Assembly: GCA_041663165.1 (NCBI GenBank)
Contig: JBAZRF010000002.1
Coordinates: 37,043-101,042 of the forward strand
DNA: 64,000 bases
Source: Minisyncoccota bacterium
Lineage (GTDB): Bacteria; Patescibacteriota; Minisyncoccia; Phycocordibacterales; XYD1-FULL-46-19
Direction: 5' to 3'
The stretch's first letter is position 1. Each line of letters starts with the position of its first letter. This document shows positions 8,591-17,625 of the stretch, in pieces. A program made the position numbers and the translations under genes. The notes below the pieces were generated by a model that saw nothing but the letters and a program-made list of their open reading frames with translations, searched no databases and had not been told where the DNA came from.

Positions 8591-10123
8591 CTAAGTTTCT
8601 CGTTGTTTCTGGGGATGTTTTTTAGGCATCGCGAGACAAAATCCAGTGCTGATGGCAATGATAAATAACGAGGCCCCTACAATCCAAACGGGCTTGTCGA
8701 TAATATTGCCGTAAATGAAGAGGGGAACGCCAACAACAAAGGCAACGAGAACTCCCCAAAATACGCCACGGGCATCAAGTCTCTCCCAATACAAACTCAA
8801 AACGGTTGGTACGACCACACAGGCGGCGATCGTGTTAAAGACCCACCACAAATGTTTCAAGCCAAAGCCGGGAATATAAGTGACGGCCAAAGCGACAAGA
8901 AGTCCGAGGACTGTAATTGCCAGCATCGCTATTCGGGAATGTTTAACTCCGCGATTGTCGAGTCTTTTACCCAATTCCGTTTCGCTGGTGGTCAGAGTTT
9001 CTCCACGATCAATTTTTTGCAGGATCTCTTTTTCTTGGTCGTCGTATTTTACAACGTCGGTGACATAGAGAGAGCTAGTGGCAACAACACCCGAATCGAG
9101 GGTTGAGTAAAGAGCGCTTAATAACATGACAACGAATAAAGCCATGGCCCAAACGGGCAGGAACCTGCTGACCGTCGCTACGCCAATCATGGAGACATCA
9201 ACGCCGACGGGCAAGGTGATACCAAGGCTCGCATTAGCGGCCAAAAATCCTAAAGAAGAAAGGGCAATTGGTACAATGCCAAACATGATTGCGCCAAAAA
9301 CGAAAGAGGGGACCAGGTTACTCTTTTTGATGGCAAAAGCGCGTTGCCAATATTGTTGATCAGAAATTGCTCCGGAGATAAGGCCAATTGCCGTGACGAT
9401 GCCGAAAGAAAAAGCCACGCCCGGATCAAAAATATTTTTGAACTGACCCGACACTCCGCCCATACCCTTCACCACTTCACCCCAGCCGCCGGCCGTTGAT
9501 ATAACCCAGGGGATAACCACGGCCACTCCGACGACGATAAGAATAAATTGAATGAAATCGGTGACAAACGACGATTCTAGCCCAGAGATAAAGGCATAGA
9601 TTAAAACCGTTACCGCCATTATGAGCATAGCGTTGATTAAAGGAATACCAGTGAGAAAAGAAACCAAAGAACCACCGGCAAAAAGCTGAACTGTAACCGC
9701 CATTAGCTGGTAGAAGAAATAAGGGAAAAGATAAATTTTATGGACCTTCTCACTCCCGAGACGATATCTTATCCATTGGGGCAAAGTATAGCCGTAGGGC
9801 ATCTTTTCTCTGATTTTTGGAGCTAGGAAAATGTATAAGAGAAGGGCGACAATGTTTGGGAAGGTAAACCAAAAAATGCCCGGTAAACCCTGCTGGTAGG
9901 CCGATTGTACTGATACAAACAGGGCGGGAGCCCAGATCCAGGAAGCGGCAATACTGGCTGCCCCCAGCCACCATCTGACATTTCTTTCGGCGACGAGAAA
10001 GCCTTGAATTGAGCGGTAACGGCGCCAACGGGCAAAGAGGTAGGTAATGGCAATCATCAAAACCCCGTAAATTACGAGCAATAAATACCCTTCTTTGGGT
10101 GATAAAGCTAAAATCGTGTTCAT
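8591..10123 (-). CDS. sodium:solute symporter family transporter (SSS; PutP/PanF-like)
   Basis: 510 aa, ~13 TM helices, N-terminal region typical of SSS transporters, cytoplasmic insert before last helices. Confidence 0.7.
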   Translation of the reverse strand: MNTILALSPKEGYLLLVIYGVLMIAITYLFARWRRYRSIQGFLVAERNVRWWLGAASIAASWIWAPALFVSVQSAYQQGLPGIFWFTFPNIVALLLYIFLAPKIREKMPYGYTLPQWIRYRLGSEKVHKIYLFPYFFYQLMAVTVQLFAGGSLVSFLTGIPLINAMLIMAVTVLIYAFISGLESSFVTDFIQFILIVVGVAVVIPWVISTAGGWGEVVKGMGGVSGQFKNIFDPGVAFSFGIVTAIGLISGAISDQQYWQRAFAIKKSNLVPSFVFGAIMFGIVPIALSSLGFLAANASLGITLPVGVDVSMIGVATVSRFLPVWAMALFVVMLLSALYSTLDSGVVATSSLYVTDVVKYDDQEKEILQKIDRGETLTTSETELGKRLDNRGVKHSRIAMLAITVLGLLVALAVTYIPGFGLKHLWWVFNTIAACVVVPTVLSLYWERLDARGVFWGVLVAFVVGVPLFIYGNIIDKPVWIVGASLFIIAISTGFCLAMPKKHPQKQRET

Positions 10124-10136
10124 GGTGTTTATTTAT

Positions 10137-10165
10137 TTGACTTATAAACATGATTAGCCTATACT
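10137..10165 (+). promoter_or_regulatory. promoter TTGACT-17-TATACT for the TrmB-like regulator; TSS predicted at or next to the GTG start (leaderless)
   Basis: consensus hexamers and spacing read directly. Confidence 0.55.
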
Positions 10166-10172
10166 TTCTACA

Positions 10173-10952
10173 GTGAGTGGCCAACACCACCACTACGATA
10201 ATATGTACAAGGAAATTCTACAGGATATCGGTTTGTCGCCTAACGAGGCCAAGATTTATGAGGCCCTTTTAACTTTGGGGCTAGCAACGGTTCCGGCCAT
10301 TGCCGCCCAAACCGGTGTCCATAAACGCAATATCTATGACACCATCCCTCGTCTTTTAAAGAAGGGGCTGATTTATCAAGATGTTGGCACCCGGGAGAGT
10401 CGTTATTATGTGATTGAACCTAATAAATTAAATGATCTTATTTGGGAAAAGGACAGTAAATTGAAAAGTATTTTGCCGGCCATGTCGGCCCAATTTAAGA
10501 AAAATGCGACCAAAGAGGCTGTTTATATTTATCGCGGGGTTGAAGGCTTTAAAAATTATCTACGGGATATTCTAAAAGTTGGCGAAGACGTTTATTTTAT
10601 CGGGGCCAAGGGTGGCTGGTTTGATCAGGACCTCCAGCCCTTTATTCAGAAGTTTTTAAGGGAAGCCAAGAAAAAGGGGATTAAATATCATCATATTTTT
10701 GATGCTGAAGTGAAAAAACTAGCACCCGAAATCGTTGCCGAGCTGGGTAAACCTTACAAATTTTTACCGACGGGGTACTCTAGTACGGGGGCGATAGATA
10801 TTTTTGGCGACCATATTGTTACTTTTTCTGGTCTAAGTCTCAAAGATATTACTGAGGATGTAACGTTGGTTGTTATCATTAATCAAGAGCTAGCCGATTG
10901 CTACCGAACTTGGTTTCAATTTATTTGGGACCATTGTTCCCCTCAGCTTTAA
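10173..10952 (+). CDS. TrmB-family transcriptional regulator (sugar-sensing type), divergent from SSS transporter
   Basis: N-terminal HTH EAKIYEALLTLGLATVPAIAAQTGVHKRNIYDTIPRLLKKGLI typical of TrmB; alternative ATG start at 10203. Confidence 0.65.
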   Translation: MSGQHHHYDNMYKEILQDIGLSPNEAKIYEALLTLGLATVPAIAAQTGVHKRNIYDTIPRLLKKGLIYQDVGTRESRYYVIEPNKLNDLIWEKDSKLKSILPAMSAQFKKNATKEAVYIYRGVEGFKNYLRDILKVGEDVYFIGAKGGWFDQDLQPFIQKFLREAKKKGIKYHHIFDAEVKKLAPEIVAELGKPYKFLPTGYSSTGAIDIFGDHIVTFSGLSLKDITEDVTLVVIINQELADCYRTWFQFIWDHCSPQL

Positions 10953-11032
10953 AATGCTAATTTGATAATTAATCTGATATACTTGAAGAGGGAAGGGATC
11001 TTTAGGCCTAATTGCTAAACGGAGGACAGGAT

Positions 11033-11299
11033 ATGAAAAAAGAGAAGGGACCTTACCGGCTGAAGGTAAAGCTCGGGGTGTATGAGGAGGGGAGTCTTCA
11101 TACAAACAGAAACACGGTTTGGCTTGATCCTGTCCCAGAGGCGCGGGAAAAAGCATGGGACCGAGCCGCCCAGGAGCTCTCTCGTCTGTGGCTGGAGGCC
11201 GAATACGATCTCATCGCCGTCGTTCTTGAGGAACGAGTGGACGACGGGGGATGGGTCTCGGTCTGGCGTGGTCAAATGAAGAAGCTTCGGTCGCCCTGA
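11033..11299 (+). CDS. small hypothetical protein (88 aa), orphan cassette B
   Basis: SD GGAGGA 6 nt before ATG; GC content higher than flanks. Confidence 0.4.
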   Translation: MKKEKGPYRLKVKLGVYEEGSLHTNRNTVWLDPVPEAREKAWDRAAQELSRLWLEAEYDLIAVVLEERVDDGGWVSVWRGQMKKLRSP

Positions 11300-11349
11300 T
11301 CGGGGCTTTTCAATTTGCTTTTTAAGTTATTACTAATAGAATGTACGAA

Positions 11350-11748
11350 ATGCGTTATCTAGGAATCGATTATGGTAATCGTAAAGTCGGGCTCGCAATT
11401 TCGGATGAGGCGGGGAGTTTTGCTTTTCCTTATCAGGTGATTAAAAATGAGGGCGTCGACAAATTGGTGGGGCAGATTGAAAAAATTTGTGATAACGAGG
11501 GAATCGGGATAATTGTGTTGGGGGAGTCGCTTGATTTATCGGGCGAGGCCAATCCGATCCAAAAAGACATTTCGGTTTTTAAAGAAAAGTTGGAAAAAGA
11601 AGCGGGGAGAGAAGTCGTTTTGCAAAAAGAATTTTTTACCACACGAGAGGCTCGGCGAGTCATTGATGAAAACGGAACGGACTCTGAAACAGATGCGCGA
11701 GCGGCAGCGTTGATTTTGAAATCATATTTAGATCGGGGCCAGCATTAG
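11350..11748 (+). CDS. ruvX: Holliday junction resolvase-like protein / pre-16S rRNA nuclease YqgF
   Basis: MRYLGIDYGNRKVGLAISD N-terminus characteristic of RuvX/YqgF. Confidence 0.8.
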   Translation: MRYLGIDYGNRKVGLAISDEAGSFAFPYQVIKNEGVDKLVGQIEKICDNEGIGIIVLGESLDLSGEANPIQKDISVFKEKLEKEAGREVVLQKEFFTTREARRVIDENGTDSETDARAAALILKSYLDRGQH

Positions 11749-11849
11749 TATCTGAAAAGTCCTCGGTTCTCCTCAATCTGCGATTTCGGCCAGACATTTT
11801 CATCTACTAAAGCTGGCCCCTCTCGCCATCTTGGATTATAATTAAAGAG

Positions 11850-12950
11850 ATGAAGCAAGATCTCCTGCTTAAATTTTTCCCCGTACCAAAATATCTAACT
11901 CAGCCGGCGGTCGGCATGGATATCTCTGACCGGTCAATTAAATTTATGGAGCTTAAATATAAAGACGGGGAATTTTCCCTTGGTCGTTTTGGTGAGAGAG
12001 AAATCCCGGCTGGGGTGATTGAGGGGGGAGAGTTAAAGGAGATAAACCAGCTCGTCGCAATTCTTGGGGAATTAAAAAATAAATTTAATCTAGATAATGT
12101 TTTTATTTCTCTTCCCGATGATAAGGCCTATACCATTAATCTAGTCTTGCCGCCGATGAAGTTGTCGGAAATCCGAGGGAGTATCGAATTGCAACTTGAA
12201 GAGCATATACCCTTGCCGGTGGAAGACGTGGTTTTTGACTACGATTTAGTTCCCCCCTTAAAGGAAGGGGGAAAAATAGAAGTCGGAGTTTTCGTTCTCC
12301 CTAGAGAGATGGCCAAATCTTACCTCGAGGTCTTTTCTCGTGTCGGTCTAAATATTTTGGCAATTGAGACTCAAAGTGAGGCTTTAGCTCGGGCCCTTAT
12401 CTCTCCCGAAAATCTTTCAACTACGGCGATTGTCGATATTGGCCGCAGCCATACCGCTACCTTTTTGATTAAGAATGGAGTTGTAACGGCAGCGGCCGCT
12501 GTCCCCGTTGGTGGAGAGGCGATTACCACCAGCTTAGAAAGAAATCTTAAAATTGATTTTACTCAAGCAGAAAAACTAAAAACAGAAAAAGGGCTGTCTC
12601 GAGCAGCTGAAAACAAGGAGGCCTTTTTTGCGGCTATCCCCGTTGTCTCCGCGATTAAGGATGAAATCGAACGGAGAATTAATTTTTGGCTTGAGTATAA
12701 AGACGAAGGCGAATTGTCCTCCGCTCGGACCAAAGAGCTAAAACAAATTATTCTTTGTGGCGGACAATCAACCTTGCCTGGTTTTGCTGAGTATCTTGAA
12801 ATATACTTAAAAAGGCCGGTAGTTTTGGGCAATCCCTGGCTCAAAGTTTTTTCCTCGGGGCAAGTGGTTTTTCTTTTAAAATTTAATGAGGCTCTCCGTT
12901 ACTCAACTGCTATTGGTCTAGCTTTGCGAAATTTTACTAAATTAAATTAA
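11850..12950 (+). CDS. pilM: type IV pilus assembly ATPase-like protein PilM
   Basis: actin-like fold signature; followed by PilN/PilO-like genes in operon. Confidence 0.7.
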   Translation: MKQDLLLKFFPVPKYLTQPAVGMDISDRSIKFMELKYKDGEFSLGRFGEREIPAGVIEGGELKEINQLVAILGELKNKFNLDNVFISLPDDKAYTINLVLPPMKLSEIRGSIELQLEEHIPLPVEDVVFDYDLVPPLKEGGKIEVGVFVLPREMAKSYLEVFSRVGLNILAIETQSEALARALISPENLSTTAIVDIGRSHTATFLIKNGVVTAAAAVPVGGEAITTSLERNLKIDFTQAEKLKTEKGLSRAAENKEAFFAAIPVVSAIKDEIERRINFWLEYKDEGELSSARTKELKQIILCGGQSTLPGFAEYLEIYLKRPVVLGNPWLKVFSSGQVVFLLKFNEALRYSTAIGLALRNFTKLN

Positions 12951-12955
12951 TTACC

Positions 12956-13495
12956 GTGGCTAATCTTTTAACCAACGAAGCAAAACGTAACTTTCAAAAA
13001 GATTTTTTGAATCGTAAATTGGTAATTGTCGGTTTGGCCATCGGATTATTGTTAGTGGTTACAATAATTGTTCTGGGTTCTCTTCAGGTTAGCTTATTTA
13101 TTAGAACAAGCAAAATAACAAAAGTTCCTTCGGTAACGAGAAACGAAACGAAAAATGCGATGAGGTCGAGCGACTTAACATTATTAATAAAAAAGACAGA
13201 AGATCAGATAAAGATTGCCAATAGTTATTGGTCGGAGACTCCAGTCTCGGCCATGATGGCAGAAATTCTCAATCTTAAGCCCAAGGATATCAAGATTTCT
13301 GGATTTGCCGTTGAGCGGGTAGAAGTGGGCGAAAAAACAAAATTGTCTATCTCTGGCTCCGCCGGTGGCCGTGTTGGGCTAGTCAATTATGTTAATTTAT
13401 TGCGTCAGGATAAGTTTTTTTCTCGAGTTGATTTGCCGGTTGAGAGTTTAATTAGTGATCAGGGTGGACGATTTATTATTAATTTAGAAAAATGA
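12956..13495 (+). CDS. pilN: PilN-like inner membrane pilus assembly protein
   Basis: single N-terminal TM helix after short cytoplasmic segment; position after pilM. Confidence 0.55.
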   Translation: MANLLTNEAKRNFQKDFLNRKLVIVGLAIGLLLVVTIIVLGSLQVSLFIRTSKITKVPSVTRNETKNAMRSSDLTLLIKKTEDQIKIANSYWSETPVSAMMAEILNLKPKDIKISGFAVERVEVGEKTKLSISGSAGGRVGLVNYVNLLRQDKFFSRVDLPVESLISDQGGRFIINLEK

Positions 13496-13998
13496 TCAGT
13501 CATTCACGAAAAGTTTTTTATTTAATTTTAGGAGTAGATATTCTCTTACTCATTTCTATCGGTTTTTTAGTCTGGCAAATTAAAGAGCGAGAGGTCGAAT
13601 CGGTCAACGCCTTGGCCCAGGCTTCTCTCCCTGAACCCTCCGAAGAAGATTCGGCCGTTGATTCTTGGTCAAAACTTGAGCCACAAATTGCTACCCTCGA
13701 TAGTTATTTTCTCTCGGCCAGCACCACGGTTGAATTTCTTGAGCGGCTTGAGAGTGTTGCAAAATTGACGAAAATTAACCTCAAAATTAATCAGGCAGAA
13801 GCCAAGGATAATCTTCGTTTAAATTTTTCAACCGAGGGCAGTTTTTCGGCGATAAATCAGTTTTCGGTGCTTCTTGAGAAGTTTCCTTATATCCTTCGGC
13901 TCGAACGACTAGATTTGCGAGCGGGAGAGAAAGGCTCTTGGAAGGGAGATTTTGTCATTAGGGTAATTACACAGAATGATTCAATCAGTTCGCCATAA
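13492..13998 (+). CDS. pilO: PilO-like pilus assembly protein
   Basis: N-terminal TM helix, coiled-coil region; 4-nt overlap with pilN. Confidence 0.5.
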   Translation: MISHSRKVFYLILGVDILLLISIGFLVWQIKEREVESVNALAQASLPEPSEEDSAVDSWSKLEPQIATLDSYFLSASTTVEFLERLESVAKLTKINLKINQAEAKDNLRLNFSTEGSFSAINQFSVLLEKFPYILRLERLDLRAGEKGSWKGDFVIRVITQNDSISSP

Positions 13999-14302
13999 AA
14001 AATTAGTTATGAAAAGTTTGTTTGAAAAATTAAAAAACATGACTCGCGGCGTAACTTTTTTTTGGCGGACGCTAATTATAATATTTTTTGTGAGTCTAAT
14101 CATTGTCTCTATTGGCTGTGCCATTTTTTGGATTAATGTCGAGCAGGGTTTAGACTCCCCGGTTATTGAAGGTGGGGTAAAAAAGAGTAAGACTTTTAGC
14201 GCTGACAGTCTTAATCAAGTCTTAGAAAAAATAAAGGCTCGATCGATCGAATCAGCGAGCACCACTGACGGCTCAACTAATCTCATTGATCCGTCTCTCT
14301 AA
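13976..14302 (+). CDS. small membrane protein, last gene of the pilMNO cluster
   Basis: TM helix TLIIIFFVSLIIVSIGCAIFWI; overlaps the pilO 3' end. Confidence 0.4.
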   Translation: MIQSVRHKKLVMKSLFEKLKNMTRGVTFFWRTLIIIFFVSLIIVSIGCAIFWINVEQGLDSPVIEGGVKKSKTFSADSLNQVLEKIKARSIESASTTDGSTNLIDPSL

Positions 14303-14368
14303 TTTTGGCTTGCACGGCGCTTGCCGGTCGTAGCCTTGGCGAAGATCGGAAGCTTTAGCGAAGTAGTG

Positions 14369-14440
14369 TGCCCTCAGTAGGAATCGAACCTACATCAGCG
14401 GCTTAGAAGTCCGCAGTTTTATCCATTAAACTATGAGGGC
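14369..14440 (-). tRNA. tRNA-Arg (anticodon TCT), CCA not encoded
   Basis: acceptor GCCCTCA/TGAGGGC, anticodon stem GCGGA with loop CTTCTAA, T-arm GTAGGTTCGATTCCTAC. Confidence 0.8.
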
Positions 14441-14745
14441 TTTTTTGTTTTCCCGAAACATTTATATTGTGCGTACGTCTTTTTCCTGTGACAATTTGCG
14501 CATCTTATTTCACATTTGCTGATTTCTGCTAATACTGATTCCCAAGAATAGTGACCAGATAACATTTTGGCAACAGTTTTAAACTTACTCTTTGGATTGG
14601 TGTGGTCAAACTCTAAGACGATTGGATCATTTTCTCCACAATCAACACAAGACTTAGAAGAGAGAAATCCTAATAATTCTTCGCGCACCTTTATGCGATG
14701 TTTCTTTTGTGCTTTATATAAATCCTCTCTATGTTTATAAGGCAT
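14431..14745 (-). CDS. small HNH endonuclease; 3' end overlaps the tRNA-Arg(TCT) 5' end by 10 nt
   Basis: CVDCGENDPIVLEFDHTNPKSK...CANCHRKKT HNH/zinc-finger motif. Confidence 0.65.
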   Translation of the reverse strand: MPYKHREDLYKAQKKHRIKVREELLGFLSSKSCVDCGENDPIVLEFDHTNPKSKFKTVAKMLSGHYSWESVLAEISKCEIRCANCHRKKTYAQYKCFGKTKKPS

Positions 14746-14807
14746 AAAGGGATTATATCACAAAGTTCTAACCTTTTCCGTAAAACTCTATTTATCTTTG
14801 TGGATAG

Positions 14808-14880
14808 TGGGCGCTAAGGGACTCGAACCCCTGACCTTCTCCGTGTAAAGGAGTTGCTCTACCAACTGAGCTAAGCGCCC
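14808..14880 (-). tRNA. tRNA-Val (anticodon TAC)
   Basis: acceptor GGGCGCT/AGCGCCC, anticodon loop TTTACAC, T-arm AGGGGTTCGAGTCCCTT. Confidence 0.8.
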
Positions 14881-14921
14881 TTGCCGTCCTTAATTTATAC
14901 TATAAAATAGGGCTTGAATCA

Positions 14922-15743
14922 ATGAAGGCTGATATTCCAATCATTTTTGAAGACGCCAACATTTTGGTAATCAATAAGCCGGCCGGGCTTACGGTGCATG
15001 GAGATGGATTTGGTAAGCAGGAAACGCTAGTGGATTGGCTGATGAAAAAATATCCGGAGATTGAGGGAGTGGGTGAGGAGATGGAGCCGTCGACCCCACT
15101 TCGCCATGGCTTCGTGGGGCAAAGGATCAAAAAGCCGGGGATTATCCATCGGCTAGATAAAGAGACGAGCGGGGTGATGATTGTTGCCAAAACGCAGGAA
15201 GCTTTTTTGTTTTTCAAAAAACAATTTCAAAATCACGAGGTTAAAAAGATTTATCGAGCGATTTTATCGGGCCACGTCAATTTCCCGGTCGGGGAGGAAA
15301 AGGTTTTAAATTGGCCGATTGGCCGGAGCTCTAATGATCCGCGAATCAGAGTTGCCCGAAGCGGAGGCAAGGGCAAATTACGCGAGGCGGTCACCATTTT
15401 TCGCCTGTTAGAAAATATTTGTTCAAATTACGCCTTGGTGGAGGCCGAGCCCAAGAGCGGGCGGACCCACCAGCTCCGAGCTCATTTTAAAGCCTATAAT
15501 CATCCAATTATTGGTGATAGTTTGTATAATCCAAATAACAATGGCGAGGGGGCGATTGAGCGAACGGCGCTTCACGCTTTTAGCTTGACTGTTAAATTGC
15601 CCTGCTTCGTTGCCAACTCCGCCGAGGCTTCGTTGGCCAAGAAAACTACGCAGGGTGAAGCTAAGGGAGAAGAAATGACTTTTGTTGCTCCCTTAGCTTC
15701 AGATTTCGAGGCTGCGCTTGAAAAACTTAAAGCTTCGTGTTAA
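14922..15743 (+). CDS. RluA-family pseudouridine synthase (RluD/RluC-like)
   Basis: catalytic motif HRLDKETSGVMIVAK. Confidence 0.75.
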   Translation: MKADIPIIFEDANILVINKPAGLTVHGDGFGKQETLVDWLMKKYPEIEGVGEEMEPSTPLRHGFVGQRIKKPGIIHRLDKETSGVMIVAKTQEAFLFFKKQFQNHEVKKIYRAILSGHVNFPVGEEKVLNWPIGRSSNDPRIRVARSGGKGKLREAVTIFRLLENICSNYALVEAEPKSGRTHQLRAHFKAYNHPIIGDSLYNPNNNGEGAIERTALHAFSLTVKLPCFVANSAEASLAKKTTQGEAKGEEMTFVAPLASDFEAALEKLKASC

Positions 15744-15756
15744 ACTGCCTCGCGTT

Positions 15757-16233
15757 ATGGTGAAAGTTTCAGAATTCAAAATTTCTCCTGTTGATATGGC
15801 TAAACGCCAAAAGTTGGGCATCAAGGCCGGCTTTACCGTGCGGGTTTGGCAGAAGGTGCCTGAAAAGGATGGCAAGTTTCGTCTGCAGGCCTACGAGGGC
15901 TTGGTGATTGCTTGCAAGCATGGCGAGGATGCCGGCGCGACCTTTACTGTTCGCCGAGTGGCTTCGGGTGTTGGCATGGAGAAAATTTTTCCTCTTTACT
16001 CGCCAATGATTGATAAGATTGAAATTTTGCGCGAAGTTAAAGTTCGCCGTTCAAAATTATATTATATTCGCGACAAAGCCGCTCGTGAGATTCGCCGTCG
16101 GATGCGCAAGATTGTGGCCGGCAAGCGCGAGCCGGATGAGCTGGTTGAACAGGTCACGGCTGGTATCGAGATCGAGCCAGTTATCGAAGAGGTTCCCGAG
16201 GAAGTAGTGGCTGTAGCGGAGACTAAAGAATAA
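15757..16233 (+). CDS. rplS: 50S ribosomal protein L19 with acidic C-terminal extension
   Basis: GFTVRVWQKV...FEGLVIA...FTVRRVASGVGMEKIFPLYSPMIDKIEI matches the L19 core. Confidence 0.85.
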   Translation: MVKVSEFKISPVDMAKRQKLGIKAGFTVRVWQKVPEKDGKFRLQAYEGLVIACKHGEDAGATFTVRRVASGVGMEKIFPLYSPMIDKIEILREVKVRRSKLYYIRDKAAREIRRRMRKIVAGKREPDELVEQVTAGIEIEPVIEEVPEEVVAVAETKE

Positions 16234-16250
16234 AAAACAAATTCAAAAAG

Positions 16251-16277
16251 AAAAAACCAGGTCAGCCTGGTTTTTTC
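16251..16277 (+). terminator. rho-independent terminator after rplS (AAAAACCAGG-TCAG-CCTGGTTTTTT)
   Basis: stem plus T-run. Confidence 0.8.
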
Positions 16278-16283
16278 TTTTTG

Positions 16284-16367
16284 TGCGCGGGAGAGGACTC
16301 GAACCTCCACACCATTGCTGGCTCTACCACCTCAAGGTAGCGCGTCTACCAATTTCGCCACCCGCGC
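16284..16367 (-). tRNA. tRNA-Leu (anticodon GAG), long variable arm
   Basis: acceptor GCGCGGG/CCCGCGC, anticodon stem CTACC/GGTAG with loop TTGAGGT. Confidence 0.8.
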
Positions 16368-16414
16368 AGATAGCTAGATAATAAGCCCAAAATGCTCATT
16401 TGGCAACATTTTGC

Positions 16415-16442
16415 TTGACTTTATGGTTTTTTGTATTACAAT
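16415..16442 (+). promoter_or_regulatory. near-consensus promoter TTGACT-16-TACAAT for orphan ORF C
   Basis: hexamers read from sequence; SD GGAGG 6 nt before ATG at 16477. Confidence 0.6.
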
Positions 16443-16476
16443 CACAGTGGGTTTTGTAACGTCGTGGAGGTCTGAG

Positions 16477-16848
16477 ATGAAAAGGTCTAATGGAGTGAAT
16501 GGCGGGTCTTGCAGTCCGAGCGGGTCTGACAAGAATGCCACCTACGAGGTGAGTTTTTGGTGCGGTGGTCATCGCACCAAAGATTCCACTATTACCGTTG
16601 TGGTGAGTCTGGATGAAATCAGGCGCTATGCTCTGGAGTGTATTAGGGGCCTGATTGATTCCAGAAGTCAGGATCTCGTTGGGGCTGTTAGGTTCCAGTC
16701 CGGACACGTCTCTCTTGCCATACCATTTACCGCAGAGGATACTAAGTCCTTTGTCATTGAAAAGGCAAGAGCGCATAAGGACTTTCCGCAAGAAGCGCGG
16801 GATTTGGGTTCTGACGTTGAAATCCGCGTCGCCAAACTTCTTGTGTGA
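16477..16848 (+). CDS. small hypothetical protein (123 aa), orphan cassette C
   Basis: own promoter, SD and terminator; no recognisable family. Confidence 0.5.
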   Translation: MKRSNGVNGGSCSPSGSDKNATYEVSFWCGGHRTKDSTITVVVSLDEIRRYALECIRGLIDSRSQDLVGAVRFQSGHVSLAIPFTAEDTKSFVIEKARAHKDFPQEARDLGSDVEIRVAKLLV

Positions 16849-16863
16849 AAACATCCCTTGCCC

Positions 16864-16900
16864 GCGCGCCCTTACCCAAAGGGCGCGCTTCCATTTTTCT
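16864..16900 (+). terminator. terminator GCGCGCCC-TTACCCAAA-GGGCGCGC followed by T-rich tract
   Basis: perfect 8-bp GC stem. Confidence 0.75.
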
Positions 16901-16923
16901 CATTTTTATGTTACAAATTAAAC

Positions 16924-17475
16924 ATGCTTTATACGGGCAAAGGCGATAAGGGGCAAACCAAGCTCTATCATTGTGATCAAAAGCTTTCAAAGAGCTCATT
17001 GATCGCTGAGGCTTTGGGAGCGCTCGACGAGATCAATTCGCTTTTGGGTTGGTGTAAAACAAAAATTGAATCCAGCTACATTGTTGTGGCTAAACAAAAT
17101 TTGCCAACGATTTTAGAAGAAACTCAAAACAGCCTTTTTTCTGTCCAGGCCGAGTTGGCTGGTGCGCCCAAAAAACTTTCCAAAACGGCGATTACCAAAA
17201 TTGAGGCCCTAATTAAAGTAATTGATAAAGAATTACCACCAATCAAAAGCTTCATCATCCCCGGGGGAACTGAGCTGTCAGCCATGCTCGATGTGGCGCG
17301 CACGGTGGCGCGGGGGGCGGAGAGACAAGTCGTGGCGGTTGCCGAAATTGGTGATATTAAGTTACAATCAACTACGCTCGCTTACCTAAATCGTCTTTCT
17401 AGTTTATTATATGCTTTAGCCCGTTTGGTAAACCATCGGGCGGGGATAGTGGAAAGAAAGCCCGAGTACAAATAG
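16924..17475 (+). CDS. PduO-type ATP:cob(I)alamin adenosyltransferase family protein
   Basis: MLYTGKGDKGQT N-terminus typical of PduO-type ATR (PF01923). Confidence 0.7.
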   Translation: MLYTGKGDKGQTKLYHCDQKLSKSSLIAEALGALDEINSLLGWCKTKIESSYIVVAKQNLPTILEETQNSLFSVQAELAGAPKKLSKTAITKIEALIKVIDKELPPIKSFIIPGGTELSAMLDVARTVARGAERQVVAVAEIGDIKLQSTTLAYLNRLSSLLYALARLVNHRAGIVERKPEYK

Positions 17476-17492
17476 TCAGGGCAGAACAACAT

Positions 17493-17565
17493 GGTGCCTA
17501 TAGTGTAATGGTTAGCACTAGAGTTTGTGGAACTCTCAGTTCGGGTTCGAATCCCGATAGGCACC
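17493..17565 (+). tRNA. tRNA-His (anticodon GTG) with encoded G-1
   Basis: G-1 pairs with discriminator C73; anticodon stem AGAGT/ACTCT with loop TTGTGGA; T-arm TCGGGTTCGAATCCCGA. Confidence 0.8.
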
Positions 17566-17590
17566 CTCGCACCAAACGCAGTTCCCTCTA

Positions 17591-17619
17591 ATGACTTTTA
17601 AATTCTACCTTGGTATACT
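17591..17619 (+). promoter_or_regulatory. promoter ATGACT-17-TATACT with extended TGG; TSS predicted at the ATG of the 367-aa gene (leaderless)
   Basis: sequence reading; the same TGGTATACT element sits upstream of the HNH gene at 7150. Confidence 0.45.
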
Positions 17620-17625
17620 TTCGGG

